Under the pieces are notes generated by a model. That model made no database searches. It worked only from the letters and a program-made list of their open reading frames with translations, and was not told the DNA's origin. Positions 1 through 11,021 of a stretch of DNA of 64,000 bases are shown one piece after another. The number at the start of each line of letters is the position of its first letter. Positions within the stretch are counted from its first letter, which is position 1. Position numbers and translations under genes: made by a program. The DNA is taken from IMG/VR virus record IMGVR_UViG_3300027969_000042, positions 1 through 64,000 of that record. One strand, given 5' to 3'. This stretch comes from a virus.

Positions 1-1077
1 TCAGGGTTTTATGTAGTTTATGAAGGTTCAACAAACTTAGAAAAACCAGGATGGTATGGAATATCTCACTTAATGGAACATTTGGTTTGTAAATCATTTG
101 ACCACTTACAAGAAGACTTTGATAGAGACGGTATTGATTGGAATGCTTATACTTCATCAAATGAAATTGTATTCTATTTAACTGGTTTAGATGAAAAAGT
201 AAATAAATATAAAAATCAATTTGTTGATTTACTAACTTCTTTTAAGGTTACTAAAGAGGAATTTGAAAATGAAAGAAAAATCGTTCTTGAAGAGTATATG
301 GATTGTTTCAATGATCAATCACAAACACATATGTTAAATCTTTCTAGAAAGTTATTTAATGATTATGATCCAATTGGATTGAAAAAAGATTTAGAGAATC
401 TAAAATTTATGGATTGTCTTAACTTCTTTGAATTACAGTATGCAAAACCAACTAAAATTATCAATGTATCTAAAAACAAAGATTATAAAAATAAAGCAGT
501 TGAGTTTCAAGAAAGAAAAATCGTAACTAATTTAAGTTTTGGTAATCACGATACAGATTTAGAATTAAACAATGATTTTAAAGACAAAACTTCTGTTGTA
601 ATTCTTTCACCTGTAATTGAAGAAGATTTTGCATATGTTCACTTTATCAATGCTATGTTATCATTAGGATTGAAGTCTCCTTTATATCAAGAAATTAGAG
701 AGAAAAAAGGATTAGTTTATTTTGTTCACTGTTATCAGTCAAGAGTAAATGATAAGGGTTTAAACTCTATATCAACTTTAACTTCAAATAAGAACTTTGA
801 TGAGGTTGTAGAAGCAGTTAAGAAAGTAATTACAAATCCTGATAAATTTTTAACTAAAGAAAGATTTAACCTTGTTAAAGAATACTATGGTGTTAGAAAA
901 CAAAAAGATGAAATCAATAGATATGCTTCCGTAAATCAATGGATAAACCCTCCCAAATGGAGTGTCTATGACATATTAGAAGATGTTACTTTGAAAAAGA
1001 TTAAAGAAGTTTATACTAAGTATTATGACTTTGATAAGTTTTACATTTCCTCTGATAAGAAAGAATTTAAGAAATAA
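1..1077 (+). CDS. M16 (insulinase-like) zinc peptidase, 5'-partial
   Basis: Frame 1 is open from base 1 (SGFYVVYEGSTNLEKPGWYGISHLMEHLV) and gives the HxxEH motif upstream of the track's Met. It also has an NAYTS motif and LYQEIREKKGLVY, typical of M16. Confidence 0.9.
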   Translation, partial: SGFYVVYEGSTNLEKPGWYGISHLMEHLVCKSFDHLQEDFDRDGIDWNAYTSSNEIVFYLTGLDEKVNKYKNQFVDLLTSFKVTKEEFENERKIVLEEYMDCFNDQSQTHMLNLSRKLFNDYDPIGLKKDLENLKFMDCLNFFELQYAKPTKIINVSKNKDYKNKAVEFQERKIVTNLSFGNHDTDLELNNDFKDKTSVVILSPVIEEDFAYVHFINAMLSLGLKSPLYQEIREKKGLVYFVHCYQSRVNDKGLNSISTLTSNKNFDEVVEAVKKVITNPDKFLTKERFNLVKEYYGVRKQKDEINRYASVNQWINPPKWSVYDILEDVTLKKIKEVYTKYYDFDKFYISSDKKEFKK

Positions 1078-1082
1078 TAAAT

Positions 1083-1110
1083 AAAAAACCACTCAAATGA
1101 GTGGTTTTTT
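1083..1110. terminator. Bidirectional intrinsic terminator
   Basis: AAAAAACCACTC-aaat-GAGTGGTTTTTT between convergent genes. Confidence 0.85.
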
Positions 1111-1114
1111 GTTT

Positions 1115-1501
1115 TTAGAATTTATCCCAAGTTTTTATTTTCTTTGTTTCCGATTTTACTTCTTCCATATAATCACACATAGTAAGAGTTTCTGGCCCTA
1201 TAAAACCAGCATCATGCACCCAAACCTTAAAGAATTTACCATCTGATTTTCTTTTGAAAATACCATAAATAGTTTCTTCATCTTTACGGTCACCTTTTTC
1301 TGAATAAGCATCTTCAAACTTAAATTTTTCTCCTTCTGGAAATCCCCAGTTCAAACCAACAGCATCTCTTAAATAGAGTGTTAGCGCATAACTTACACTT
1401 TCATCATCACAAGAATCTTTGAACTCTTCATCTTGCATTAGATCTTCAATCAATTCACTTATATCTAACTTTTCCATATTTAATAGTTTTCTTTTACCCA
1501 A
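1115..1501 (-). CDS. Hypothetical acidic protein (true start probably MEKLD)
   Basis: 128-aa ORF overlapping the end of the HD gene. Confidence 0.7.
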   Translation of the reverse strand: MGKRKLLNMEKLDISELIEDLMQDEEFKDSCDDESVSYALTLYLRDAVGLNWGFPEGEKFKFEDAYSEKGDRKDEETIYGIFKRKSDGKFFKVWVHDAGFIGPETLTMCDYMEEVKSETKKIKTWDKF

Positions 1502-2037
1502 TCAACTAATTTTAGTAGATTTTCTGTATTATTTGGATATCTATCTAACATAGATTCTAAAAATTTCAATCTACCATCTTTGTAAGAATCACCGTATGCT
1601 TTATATTCTTCGTGAATACCATTTTCCCACTCTAATAATTGATCGAAATCTCTTTCAACAATATTCATATCATAGTAGTTAAATGATTCAGATAAGTTTG
1701 TTGTAGCTTCGTGAGTTTTAGTATCTAAAATCATTTGTCTAATGTCATTATTATCTTTATTATCTTTATCTTGACAACATTCAGTAAAGAATTCTGCGGA
1801 TTTTTCTTCGTTATCAGTTTTCATTGGATCATAAATACAATCATGAAAAAGTGCAGTGATTAGTAATTTCTCATATTCTTTTTGAGAGTATTTAGATTTT
1901 CCCTCATTGATTTGTTCAATTAAATCGTTTAAGTGATTTAAAGTATGATAAGATCTGTGTGATTCATTCCACATAGCTAGTAATGTAGTAACGTCACATT
2001 TAATATTCCATTCGTTTAATAGTTCTTGTAAATCCAT
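1480..2037 (-). CDS. HD-superfamily metal-dependent phosphohydrolase-like protein
   Basis: HRSYHTLNHL...ALFHDCIYDP...DNEEKSA...TKTH motifs. Confidence 0.8.
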   Translation of the reverse strand: MDLQELLNEWNIKCDVTTLLAMWNESHRSYHTLNHLNDLIEQINEGKSKYSQKEYEKLLITALFHDCIYDPMKTDNEEKSAEFFTECCQDKDNKDNNDIRQMILDTKTHEATTNLSESFNYYDMNIVERDFDQLLEWENGIHEEYKAYGDSYKDGRLKFLESMLDRYPNNTENLLKLVDWVKENY

Positions 2038-2041
2038 TTAT

Positions 2042-2191
2042 TTAATTATTTTTAATAAAGTATATATTAAATATTTTTTTTATACTTTCTTTACGAGAAT
2101 ACCTTCTATATGACTTATGTGAATTCATCATATTCATCATATGAGTATAAACATTTATACTACCTGTTCTCCTTGGTTTTAATAAGTACAT
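2042..2191 (-). CDS. Small ORF (49 aa) not in the track; ends ...RKESIKKIFNIYFIKNN
   Basis: Manual translation; carries a variant of the RxxKIxxI motif. Confidence 0.45.
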   Translation of the reverse strand: MYLLKPRRTGSINVYTHMMNMMNSHKSYRRYSRKESIKKIFNIYFIKNN

Positions 2192-2291
2192 TTTGTATTA
2201 TCTTTTTCCTTTTAATGGGTCTCATTAAAATATTTATTGTTGAATGAAAATTTCTCATAACATCATTATAAGTAGTTGCACCACTATCCAT
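2160..2291 (-). CDS. Small ORF (43 aa) MDSGATTYNDVMRNF...
   Basis: Manual translation; ATG lies 1 nt after the stop of 2293..2544. Confidence 0.4.
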   Translation of the reverse strand: MDSGATTYNDVMRNFHSTINILMRPIKRKKIIQNVLIKTKENR

Positions 2292-2292
2292 A

Positions 2293-2544
2293 CTATTTTT
2301 TAAGTATTTGATCAATTTTAGCTTCTCTGGCTTCTGCTTTCTCTCTTAATAAACGAGCCTCTCTTTCTTGTGGAGTTTCTTCACGTTTTTCAGACTTATC
2401 TGCTTTATAGTAACCTAAAAAGTCTTCAAGAGCACTGGTATAATTACCATATCGGTCAGATTTCATATAACTACCTAAATCGGAGTATTTATCTTTTATA
2501 CTATATGATTTTCTAAAATCATCAAAATAATTTTTATCGTTCAT
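2293..2544 (-). CDS. Hypothetical protein with C-terminal REAKIDQILKK tag
   Basis: 83-aa ORF. Confidence 0.75.
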   Translation of the reverse strand: MNDKNYFDDFRKSYSIKDKYSDLGSYMKSDRYGNYTSALEDFLGYYKADKSEKREETPQEREARLLREKAEAREAKIDQILKK

Positions 2545-2549
2545 TATAT

Positions 2550-3269
2550 CTATTTGTTTATTTGGTTAAAAATATATTGCATTCCTTTTGTGGCAACCTT
2601 TTTCACATGGTGGAAATAAGGTAATTTATAATCTGGTATATCATACATAACCATATCTATATTAGATGGTTCAATATAATATACGGGTACTTCTACATCT
2701 GTTAAAAATGGAATTTCATTTGCAGGTAAAACTTGTAAAGAAGTTCCGACTATTATACAATAGTCACATTGTTCTGCTGCTTTTACTGCTTTACTCATAT
2801 AATCTGGATTTAATGCCTCACCAAACCAAACGATATGTGGTCTTAGTTGAGATCCCTTATCACATTTGTCTCCTATATTTACGTCTTTTGTCCAATCATA
2901 GATTAGTCTTGGGTCTAATGTTGAACGTACTTTGGTTAGTTCTCCGTGTAAGTGTATTATGTTAGTAGATCCTGCTCTTTCGTGTAAGTTATCTACATTC
3001 TGTGTAACTACAGTTACATCAAATTCATTCTCTAACTCTGCTATAAGTCTATGTGCTAGATTTGGTTGTACAACTTTTAATTGTGCCCTACGTTCATTGT
3101 AGAATTTTAGTACTAATTCTTTATCTTTTCTCCATGCATCGATGGTAGCAACATCTTCAATCTTGAAATTGTTCCATAAGCTTTCCTTAGAGTCTCTAAA
3201 GGTTTCAATCCCGCTTTCTTTCGAGAGTCCTGCTCCAGAGAATACTAATATTTTTTTTCGGTTATTCAT
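2550..3269 (-). CDS. cobB: Sir2/CobB-family NAD-dependent protein deacylase (class III-like)
   Basis: GAGLSKESGIETFR, FYNERR (YxxR), PNLAH, TQNVDNLHERAG, HG, LRPHIVWFGE, GTSLQV. Confidence 0.92.
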   Translation of the reverse strand: MNNRKKILVFSGAGLSKESGIETFRDSKESLWNNFKIEDVATIDAWRKDKELVLKFYNERRAQLKVVQPNLAHRLIAELENEFDVTVVTQNVDNLHERAGSTNIIHLHGELTKVRSTLDPRLIYDWTKDVNIGDKCDKGSQLRPHIVWFGEALNPDYMSKAVKAAEQCDYCIIVGTSLQVLPANEIPFLTDVEVPVYYIEPSNIDMVMYDIPDYKLPYFHHVKKVATKGMQYIFNQINK

Positions 3270-3319
3270 ATTTAATTATAGTTAAAAGGGTAAAATTAGT
3301 TTAGATACTATTAATAAAT

Positions 3320-3329
3320 TTATATATAG
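3320..3329 (+). promoter_or_regulatory. TATATA[GC] motif, putative late promoter of the structural operon
   Basis: TTATATATAG about 20 nt before ATG 3350; the motif recurs before many genes. Confidence 0.5.
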
Positions 3330-3349
3330 ATAAAAACTAAACCGTTTTA

Positions 3350-6300
3350 ATGAGTTCAACAAATTTAGTGAAAAAAAGTTTATTCACCAAACCTTATTTA
3401 ATAACCACAGAGGAATTAAATCAAATTGGTCAGGATATTAATTTAGTAGGATATGACCCACAATTAAATCTAACAAGTGATGATACAAATGTCGTTTTAA
3501 AATATGGTATACCTTGTAGTCCTAAACTTCTAAATTGGGTTGAACCTTATCAGATTGCAGGTATTGATTATACTTTATTTTATACAGAAGTTAACTCTGG
3601 ATTTAGTATAGGAGATAGAGTATTTATAATCAATGGTACTTATGATAGTAATTTACTAATTACCGATGATAAGTATAAAAAAGGTCATGATGGTTATAAA
3701 GTTCTTTTTGTAGATAAATGTCAAGTTGTATTAGATATAGAATTTAATGGTAGTTTACCAAGTAACGAAGCAACAGAACCAAGTGATGACCTGGATAATC
3801 TAATTAAAGTTTATTATATTAAAGATCAGAATGACTTTATTCATGTAAATAGACAGATTACAACTCGTGGTGGTGATTTTGATTATAGATTTAATAGAAA
3901 TCAAAATAATATAATATTTGCACCAACACAAAGTTATAGTGTAATAAGTGGTTGGGGTGAATCATTGTCTTTATCTGATGGACCTGGGTTTTTTATTAAA
4001 GATGGAACTTCAAGTTGGGTTAATATAACTGACGAATTTATGATCGGTTCTTATTCTATTGCAGCTACAGCAAGTGCAAATAAAATACTGATATTAAATA
4101 ATAGTTTTAACTTCGTGGATGTAAGTTTTCAAGAGAATTTAGTTTATAGTTATGAAACAATTGGTACTTTTTCAAGTTGGCAAGTAAATGTAAAACATGA
4201 AAATAAAAATGTTCCTTTAATATCTAAATCTAATTTTAGAAATGGTACTTTTAATGGAAATTGGAATGGTGGTATTTATGGTAGTAATGATAAAAGAATT
4301 ACTTGGGGTTCTACCTCATCTATTTGGAATTCAGGTACTTTATTAAATACTATTTGGGAAAGGGGTATAATGGAATCCAAACAAAGTCAACCTCAAAGTT
4401 ATGTCTCAGAGTTTGATAATATTGTAGGTACTTTTGGTGCACCATACCAAAAATCAACTAATCCAGATAATGATGGATATGGTTATAACTTTGTTATAAA
4501 TTCAGAAATAAGAAATGCAATTATAAATAATGCAAATGTTAGTAATTCAATACTAGGTACATCATCTACACCATATTCAATTGTAGAAGAACATCTAAGA
4601 GGAACACTTACATCACAGTTTATACAGAATAATTTTAGTGACACACTTATAAATAAAGCTTATTTTGAAAGTTGTGGAATTCAAAATGCAAATATACAAA
4701 ACTCTGTTGTAAAAAATTCAAGAGTAGAAAATAGTAGATTTTATAATGTTAAGTCAATAAATACACATTATAAAAAGTCTTTATTTAAAAATTCTAATTA
4801 TATTAGTGATAACTCAATAAGAATATTACATTTTGAGGAGATAGAGTTTAGTCAAAGCGGTACAGCGTCTGCATCACATAAGGTTTATAAATTTTATATA
4901 AACAAAAGAAGTTATGAGAAGTTTAAGTTTAAAGATACCTTTTATATAAAAGGATTGAAAATAAATAGTAATACTACTTCATTACTCAACTTCTTTGATA
5001 AAAAATTTAAAATAGGACCTTATGTTGAATATACCGATGTGTTTAGTTTATCAGGAGGTATTTCTGGTAAACAATGGTATAAAAGGGGATTTGAGTATAA
5101 CTGTATGCTTTCAACTCCTAAAGATAACGATTATCTATCAGATGTTAATAGAGGTGCAAATTCTTTAAATTCAAATATTGCTACTAACAAAGATAACTTT
5201 GGATATTCTATTGATATTTTTGTTACTCTTGCAGATATTCAAACTAGTCCTATTACACTACCTAGTTATACAATACCTAGTGTTATTATTGATTATTCAG
5301 ATGCTTATATTTTAAACTCTGACTTTGAAAGTGGTATTTTTGAAAATTCTAATTGGAATAGTGGAAATCATTTCAATTTTAGTAATGATGTAAATATAAA
5401 ATTTGGGGATGACTATGATGAGCAGATATGGAATTTAGATGGTAAGTTTGGATATCTTTCAAATAGAGGAGAATATTATAATATGTCATTAGTTGGTGGA
5501 ACATCATCTATAAATGTTAAAACTCTTTATTCAGTTAATGATGGTCAAGCCACTGATTTGTATCCAGGTGGTATATATCCGGAAGTAGAAAAGGATTACT
5601 TAGCGGTAGATGAAGTAGTATTCTTAAATGCAGTCGATTATGATACTAGAGGAAAAGTAACTGGTATTTCTTTCTCTGGTACTGGATCAAATTATAGAGA
5701 TGTTGATGACCAGGGGAACCCACTGGGTGTAGGACTAAGAACAGCATATACTGGAGAAGGAACAGGACTAACTGTTGATATTACTACAAGTGTTATTGGT
5801 CAGGTGACTGGTTTCAGTTTAATATCTGAAGGTAGTGGTTACCCAAATTTGGGTTATAATATATATCTTACTGATAGTGGTGTTAACGGTGGAAATGGAC
5901 TACAATTTAGTATGATTGCTGGAAATACAAATTCAATTGCTATTGTACCTGGAACTGGACAATTTGGATATTCAGTAGGATCTACAGTATCTATGCAAAG
6001 AGTTCAACAAGGTGGTAGTAGTGATGATATTATTCTTATTACTTCTGTAAATAATGGTGCCGTTTTATCAGTAAATATTAATTATCCTGGTTTAGGATAT
6101 TCAAATGGTGATATACTAACAATCATTCAACCATCATCAGATAATAATGCAACCTTTTCAGTAACTGGTATAACAGGGTCTTTGACTAGACTACCGGATC
6201 AATATAAAATAGTAGAAAATCAATCAAGAGGTAACTATCAATTGCAAGAAATTATTGCAGCTGGTTCAACTAGTATTTTACCTGGTTTAACGGCAGGTGG

Positions 6301-9094
6301 TAAATTTAGTTCTTATGGTGCAAATAATAGATATGGATACTTACATAAAACTAAATTTTATAGATCAAAAATATTATCTGGTATATTTAAAAAGGCATAT
6401 TTTAACACATCTTTAATAAAAAATGAGTTATATGATGTTAGTGATAGAGAATTTAATAATGTTGAAAAAATAAAAAGTTTACTAATAGTAGATTCGATAT
6501 TTTCTAAAAATTCAAATATTCTATCTAGGGCAACTTATATGAACTCGTTTTTTGTTAAAAATTCTGATATATGGGAAAATGGTATTTTATATGATTCTAT
6601 TTGGAATGGTATGACATTTAATGATGGTTTGGTTAAATCTTCAACTTGGTTAGATGGTATATTTAATAATGGGTTATTCTATAGTTCAAATACTTTTGAT
6701 GGAAATACTACAAACTTCTCATATAATGAAAATAATATAAATTCTTTTTATAAAAGTGGTTTAACAAAAACTATAATTATTCCTCCAGGTGGTGGTCGTC
6801 CACGTAGTAAATTAGTATATAATAATAGGTTATCTTGGCAAAAAGGTACATTTATAAATGGAGAGTTTTATAAAAGTGATTGGGAGGGTGGAAATTTCAA
6901 TGGTGGTAAATTCTACTATTCGAAATTCTATGATGGTACGATAAATGGTGGTATAATAGGAGATGCTTCCATAACAACTGGATACACAAAAGTTTATAAT
7001 GGTATTATAAATTATACAACTGTTGAAAATGCAGAACTTATTGCACAGACAAATCTAAAATTACCATCATCTTCAATAAATAGCAATGGTACTATAAAAT
7101 GGTTAAATGGTATATTTAATGGTGGTGTTTTTAGTACATATAACAATCTTAACTTGGCTACTTGGTCAGGTGGTATATTTAATGGTGGGGAGTTTACTGG
7201 AACTGCAAAATGGTTAAACGGTGTATTTAATGGTGGTAAATTTACATCATATTATAATTCATCACAACTTATATTATATTCTGCATCAGATATTAAAGAT
7301 AATTACTCTTGGGAATATGGTGTATTTAATGGAGGTGAGTTTGGAATTGGAGATTTAAGTATATTAAATAATACGTCTGTTGTAAATAATTCAAGTTGGT
7401 TTGATGGAGAATTTAATGGAGGTTACTTTAAGGGTAAAGTTTGGAATAATGGTGTATTTACAGCTGGAGAGTTTAACGGAGGTGGAAGAACACAATCTGG
7501 TTATTATGCAATTGGTGGTACTCAATCAAATAATGCAAAAAACTTTATATCATCTTTTGGAACTTCAAGTATAAATAGTTATGGTATTTGGAAAAGTGGA
7601 TTTGTAACAGATACTAAGGATAGATACGTTAATAGAAGGATATATAATGATTCAAAAAGAGTAAGTGATACAAATATAAATTTAAAAACTGTTGTGTTAA
7701 GAGATGTGCTTTGGATGGGTGGTACATTTAGTCATCCAAGTGGAACTATACAAAACTCTGTTTGGATAGATGGTACATTTGAAAATGGTACATTTAGATC
7801 AAGTTCATTTAATCCATATGTAAATAGAAATATATTTTTACCAACATCTAGTCCAACCTTTAGTATTAGTGATACTTGTATTTGGAAAAATGGTACACTT
7901 ATAGATAGTGATTTTTATATATCAGAATGGGAAAATGGTAATTTTATATCTGGTAATGGATATGGAATGATTTGGAAAAATGGTATTGTAAGTTATATGA
8001 ATGCTTATAATATTTTTTGGGAAAACGGTCTTTGGAGAAATGGTAACTGGTATGGATCTAACTTTGATCTAAATCCAGATGGTAGTATAACCAGTGATTT
8101 TGAAAAACAGATTCTATTTAGAGGTATGAATTGGCCTTCCAGAGGTATTACTTCATCTTGTCATGTTTGGAATATCTTTTTAAATGAATCTCTTTCAAAT
8201 ATCAATAGTTTTATAGAATCACCTGCTACAGTGATAGATTATAATTCAACTATTATAGTTTCTGAGAGTTCTAATACACCACCAGTTTGGTTACCAAATT
8301 CAACATTTGGTGGTACAGTTAGTATACCACAACCTGTAGTAGACCCTATTACTATAGTATGGCAAGATACTCAAGTTAGTACAGATAGAATAGGAAGTGG
8401 AACACCACCAGTCTCAATTGTGATTGGACAAACAGGTTCGTACCAGACAACTCAAAGTGCGGTATGGGAATATAGTACTGATAATATAAACTGGGATAAT
8501 ACTTCACAAGTAGGTGGTGGTATCAATGATGTAATAAGCATTTCTACTACTTTTTATGTTTTATCAGGAGATACTTTCTTTAGAATTAAAGATGGTTTAC
8601 TAACCTCAAATGTTTTAAAATATACATTGACTTCCCTATATAATATTTCTTTTTTTGGTCCTAATTATTTAGTTCCTTTAGGTAATCCGCCATATGATGG
8701 ATATAATACTTTAAATGGGACTATCACTGTAAATCAAGCACCGGTTACTATCACTCTTAAAGCATTTTCTGGAACTGGTTACCTTTATACAGTACCACCA
8801 CCTGCAGGTAATGCTGGTTTTCAATATTATGTAGGTACGAATACAACTGGTGCAGTAATAATAAATGATCCAAATGGTTCAGCAGTGGTCGATCCATTAA
8901 CTGGAAGTTCATATATTACAAATCTAGTAGAATCTATCGGTCTAAATTATTCAACAGAAACAACAGATGAGTTACAAATAACACTAAATTTGGATGGGGT
9001 ATATGATATATCACTAGAAGGTTGGTTTTTATATAGTAATTCTTCAGAACCACAACCATATAATCCTGGATGTGGTAAAGTTACCCTAACATAA
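3350..9094 (+). CDS. Giant virion structural protein (baseplate/tail-associated) with GxFxx/GxWxx repeats
   Basis: 1914 aa; long runs such as WLNGIFNGGVF and WENGLWRNGNWYG; GxGY/GDxLTI repeats as in baseplate-wedge-like proteins. Confidence 0.65.
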   Translation: MSSTNLVKKSLFTKPYLITTEELNQIGQDINLVGYDPQLNLTSDDTNVVLKYGIPCSPKLLNWVEPYQIAGIDYTLFYTEVNSGFSIGDRVFIINGTYDSNLLITDDKYKKGHDGYKVLFVDKCQVVLDIEFNGSLPSNEATEPSDDLDNLIKVYYIKDQNDFIHVNRQITTRGGDFDYRFNRNQNNIIFAPTQSYSVISGWGESLSLSDGPGFFIKDGTSSWVNITDEFMIGSYSIAATASANKILILNNSFNFVDVSFQENLVYSYETIGTFSSWQVNVKHENKNVPLISKSNFRNGTFNGNWNGGIYGSNDKRITWGSTSSIWNSGTLLNTIWERGIMESKQSQPQSYVSEFDNIVGTFGAPYQKSTNPDNDGYGYNFVINSEIRNAIINNANVSNSILGTSSTPYSIVEEHLRGTLTSQFIQNNFSDTLINKAYFESCGIQNANIQNSVVKNSRVENSRFYNVKSINTHYKKSLFKNSNYISDNSIRILHFEEIEFSQSGTASASHKVYKFYINKRSYEKFKFKDTFYIKGLKINSNTTSLLNFFDKKFKIGPYVEYTDVFSLSGGISGKQWYKRGFEYNCMLSTPKDNDYLSDVNRGANSLNSNIATNKDNFGYSIDIFVTLADIQTSPITLPSYTIPSVIIDYSDAYILNSDFESGIFENSNWNSGNHFNFSNDVNIKFGDDYDEQIWNLDGKFGYLSNRGEYYNMSLVGGTSSINVKTLYSVNDGQATDLYPGGIYPEVEKDYLAVDEVVFLNAVDYDTRGKVTGISFSGTGSNYRDVDDQGNPLGVGLRTAYTGEGTGLTVDITTSVIGQVTGFSLISEGSGYPNLGYNIYLTDSGVNGGNGLQFSMIAGNTNSIAIVPGTGQFGYSVGSTVSMQRVQQGGSSDDIILITSVNNGAVLSVNINYPGLGYSNGDILTIIQPSSDNNATFSVTGITGSLTRLPDQYKIVENQSRGNYQLQEIIAAGSTSILPGLTAGGKFSSYGANNRYGYLHKTKFYRSKILSGIFKKAYFNTSLIKNELYDVSDREFNNVEKIKSLLIVDSIFSKNSNILSRATYMNSFFVKNSDIWENGILYDSIWNGMTFNDGLVKSSTWLDGIFNNGLFYSSNTFDGNTTNFSYNENNINSFYKSGLTKTIIIPPGGGRPRSKLVYNNRLSWQKGTFINGEFYKSDWEGGNFNGGKFYYSKFYDGTINGGIIGDASITTGYTKVYNGIINYTTVENAELIAQTNLKLPSSSINSNGTIKWLNGIFNGGVFSTYNNLNLATWSGGIFNGGEFTGTAKWLNGVFNGGKFTSYYNSSQLILYSASDIKDNYSWEYGVFNGGEFGIGDLSILNNTSVVNNSSWFDGEFNGGYFKGKVWNNGVFTAGEFNGGGRTQSGYYAIGGTQSNNAKNFISSFGTSSINSYGIWKSGFVTDTKDRYVNRRIYNDSKRVSDTNINLKTVVLRDVLWMGGTFSHPSGTIQNSVWIDGTFENGTFRSSSFNPYVNRNIFLPTSSPTFSISDTCIWKNGTLIDSDFYISEWENGNFISGNGYGMIWKNGIVSYMNAYNIFWENGLWRNGNWYGSNFDLNPDGSITSDFEKQILFRGMNWPSRGITSSCHVWNIFLNESLSNINSFIESPATVIDYNSTIIVSESSNTPPVWLPNSTFGGTVSIPQPVVDPITIVWQDTQVSTDRIGSGTPPVSIVIGQTGSYQTTQSAVWEYSTDNINWDNTSQVGGGINDVISISTTFYVLSGDTFFRIKDGLLTSNVLKYTLTSLYNISFFGPNYLVPLGNPPYDGYNTLNGTITVNQAPVTITLKAFSGTGYLYTVPPPAGNAGFQYYVGTNTTGAVIINDPNGSAVVDPLTGSSYITNLVESIGLNYSTETTDELQITLNLDGVYDISLEGWFLYSNSSEPQPYNPGCGKVTLT

Positions 9095-9110
9095 AAAATA
9101 TAAAATAAGT

Positions 9111-10985
9111 ATGGCGGCAATAACAATTTTAAGTAGAGCAGAAAATATTGGTATGTTTGGTGGGCAAAGCTATTGGGTGTTTCAAATATCATCAGTAGAT
9201 GCCGCCAATATACAATCATATCATTATGGTTTATCTATTGATACCTTATCGGGCACAAATAAAAAACCATCGCTTATATCAGATCCTTGGAGTGAAATAT
9301 ATACAGGATTTGGATTTACAAGTGATCCCTACGATAACCCTTTTGGTTGGAGTATAACTAATCCAAGTGTTGGATTATGGTATATATCCTTTGGTTTTTT
9401 TGTTCCAGGAGTAGAATTCACAAATGTAAATGATTGGACTAATTTTAAATGGGCTCCAGAAACGCCAATAACACCAACAACACCAACAGCACCAACAACT
9501 TCATCAAGTCTACCAATATTGTTACAATGGTCTAATGCTTTTGATGTAGATTATAATATAGAAGGATATGAATTGTCATATAAAACAACAGGTTCTTGGC
9601 AAGATATTGCATTTATATCTTCTTCTCAGACAAGCGGAAGTTATAGTTTTACTCCACAACAACTAATTACACACACATTTAGAGTAAGAATTCGTGATAC
9701 CGGTGGTGAGGTTAGTGAATATAAATATTTTAATTATGTAATTACTTCAAATTATCAAATATCAAGTGAATATAGTTTTCAAGGTGGAGAAAATAGTTGT
9801 CCAATTACAGTGTCAAATACAAACACATATTCTCCAATATTTCTTAGTAGTGAACCACCTGCACTTAATGTTGTTGTTTATACAAATAGTATACAAACAA
9901 ATACTTTTAATGGTATGATACTTCTTGCTAATCAGTATTGGATAATTAAAAGTCCTTCAGGTTTATTTTACTCATGTAAAATAAATTCTACTGGTGTTAT
10001 TGTTGAAGCTCCCTATTTATGTGGTGTAGGTAAAACTGCACGTATTTCTGCAGGTCGTGTAGGTAATACAGTAGCGGGTTTCTGTGATCTTCAATTGACT
10101 AATAATGTTTATTGGAATACAACAGATACTTTTGCAATTGGTACTAAGTTATATTCAGATAGTGGTTGTACTACACCATTTATTGGTGCTAAACTCTTTT
10201 ATATTGTAGAATATATAGATGTGTCGACATCAGTAACTTTGACAAAAGTAGTGCAAATTGGTACTAATGCAGATACATCTGTGATAGTCAGTATAGTCAA
10301 TAAAGCTACAGTATGTTCACTTATTAGACCTGGTTTTAGATCAGATCCAAATGCAAATTGTGCTAGTACTAGTACAATATCTTGTCATATAAGATCTGCT
10401 GATCCGGTCGGTGTTGCATCAGGTGATATAGTGTGTATAAATTCTTCAGGTACACCATTTCCCGGTGGAGATTTAACATATAGAGTATATATAACTACTT
10501 TACAAGTAACAAATCAAATTTATGCACTTTGTAAAATTAATAATGATGGACTTATAACAGTAACTCCGACATATTGTTCCAATTTTGGAATTGATTTAGG
10601 TGGTGGTTATTATGGTGGTACTGGTTATACTGGAGGTAGTGGACCAAAAATTATATGTAATCTATTATATAGTCAAGGATTCTTATCTAAAGAAATTTGG
10701 GAAGCAGATGAGAAGTTTGGAAGATTAATGATAAGAAAAAATAAAGAGGTTTTATTTGGATATCTTACTTGGGCAAAACCAGTAGTTAAATTCTTAACTA
10801 AGAATCCACAATATTCAAAGTATTTATATTTAGTATCAAAACCTTGGAACGAACACATGGCTTATACAATGGGAGTATTACCGAAAGATAATAAAATTGG
10901 AAAGATTATACATTATATTGGTAGTAAATTCTCTATTTTGGTCTATAAATTGATAACATCTAAAAGAAGGAAAAGAAGGAAATAA
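9111..10985 (+). CDS. Virion-associated protein with FN3-like domain, Cys-containing repeats and a C-terminal 'KIIC' module
   Basis: LQWS...GYELSYK...HTFRVRIRD (FN3-like); Gly-rich linker, then KIICNLLYSQG...DEKFG...GYLTWAKPVV; polybasic tail. Confidence 0.6.
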   Translation: MAAITILSRAENIGMFGGQSYWVFQISSVDAANIQSYHYGLSIDTLSGTNKKPSLISDPWSEIYTGFGFTSDPYDNPFGWSITNPSVGLWYISFGFFVPGVEFTNVNDWTNFKWAPETPITPTTPTAPTTSSSLPILLQWSNAFDVDYNIEGYELSYKTTGSWQDIAFISSSQTSGSYSFTPQQLITHTFRVRIRDTGGEVSEYKYFNYVITSNYQISSEYSFQGGENSCPITVSNTNTYSPIFLSSEPPALNVVVYTNSIQTNTFNGMILLANQYWIIKSPSGLFYSCKINSTGVIVEAPYLCGVGKTARISAGRVGNTVAGFCDLQLTNNVYWNTTDTFAIGTKLYSDSGCTTPFIGAKLFYIVEYIDVSTSVTLTKVVQIGTNADTSVIVSIVNKATVCSLIRPGFRSDPNANCASTSTISCHIRSADPVGVASGDIVCINSSGTPFPGGDLTYRVYITTLQVTNQIYALCKINNDGLITVTPTYCSNFGIDLGGGYYGGTGYTGGSGPKIICNLLYSQGFLSKEIWEADEKFGRLMIRKNKEVLFGYLTWAKPVVKFLTKNPQYSKYLYLVSKPWNEHMAYTMGVLPKDNKIGKIIHYIGSKFSILVYKLITSKRRKRRK

Positions 10986-11009
10986 TTCTCATAAGTAGTA
11001 TAGAAATTT

Positions 11010-11018
11010 AATATATAG
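11010..11018 (+). promoter_or_regulatory. TATATA[GC] motif
   Basis: AATATATAG 3 nt before ATG 11022. Confidence 0.5.
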
Positions 11019-11021
11019 TTT

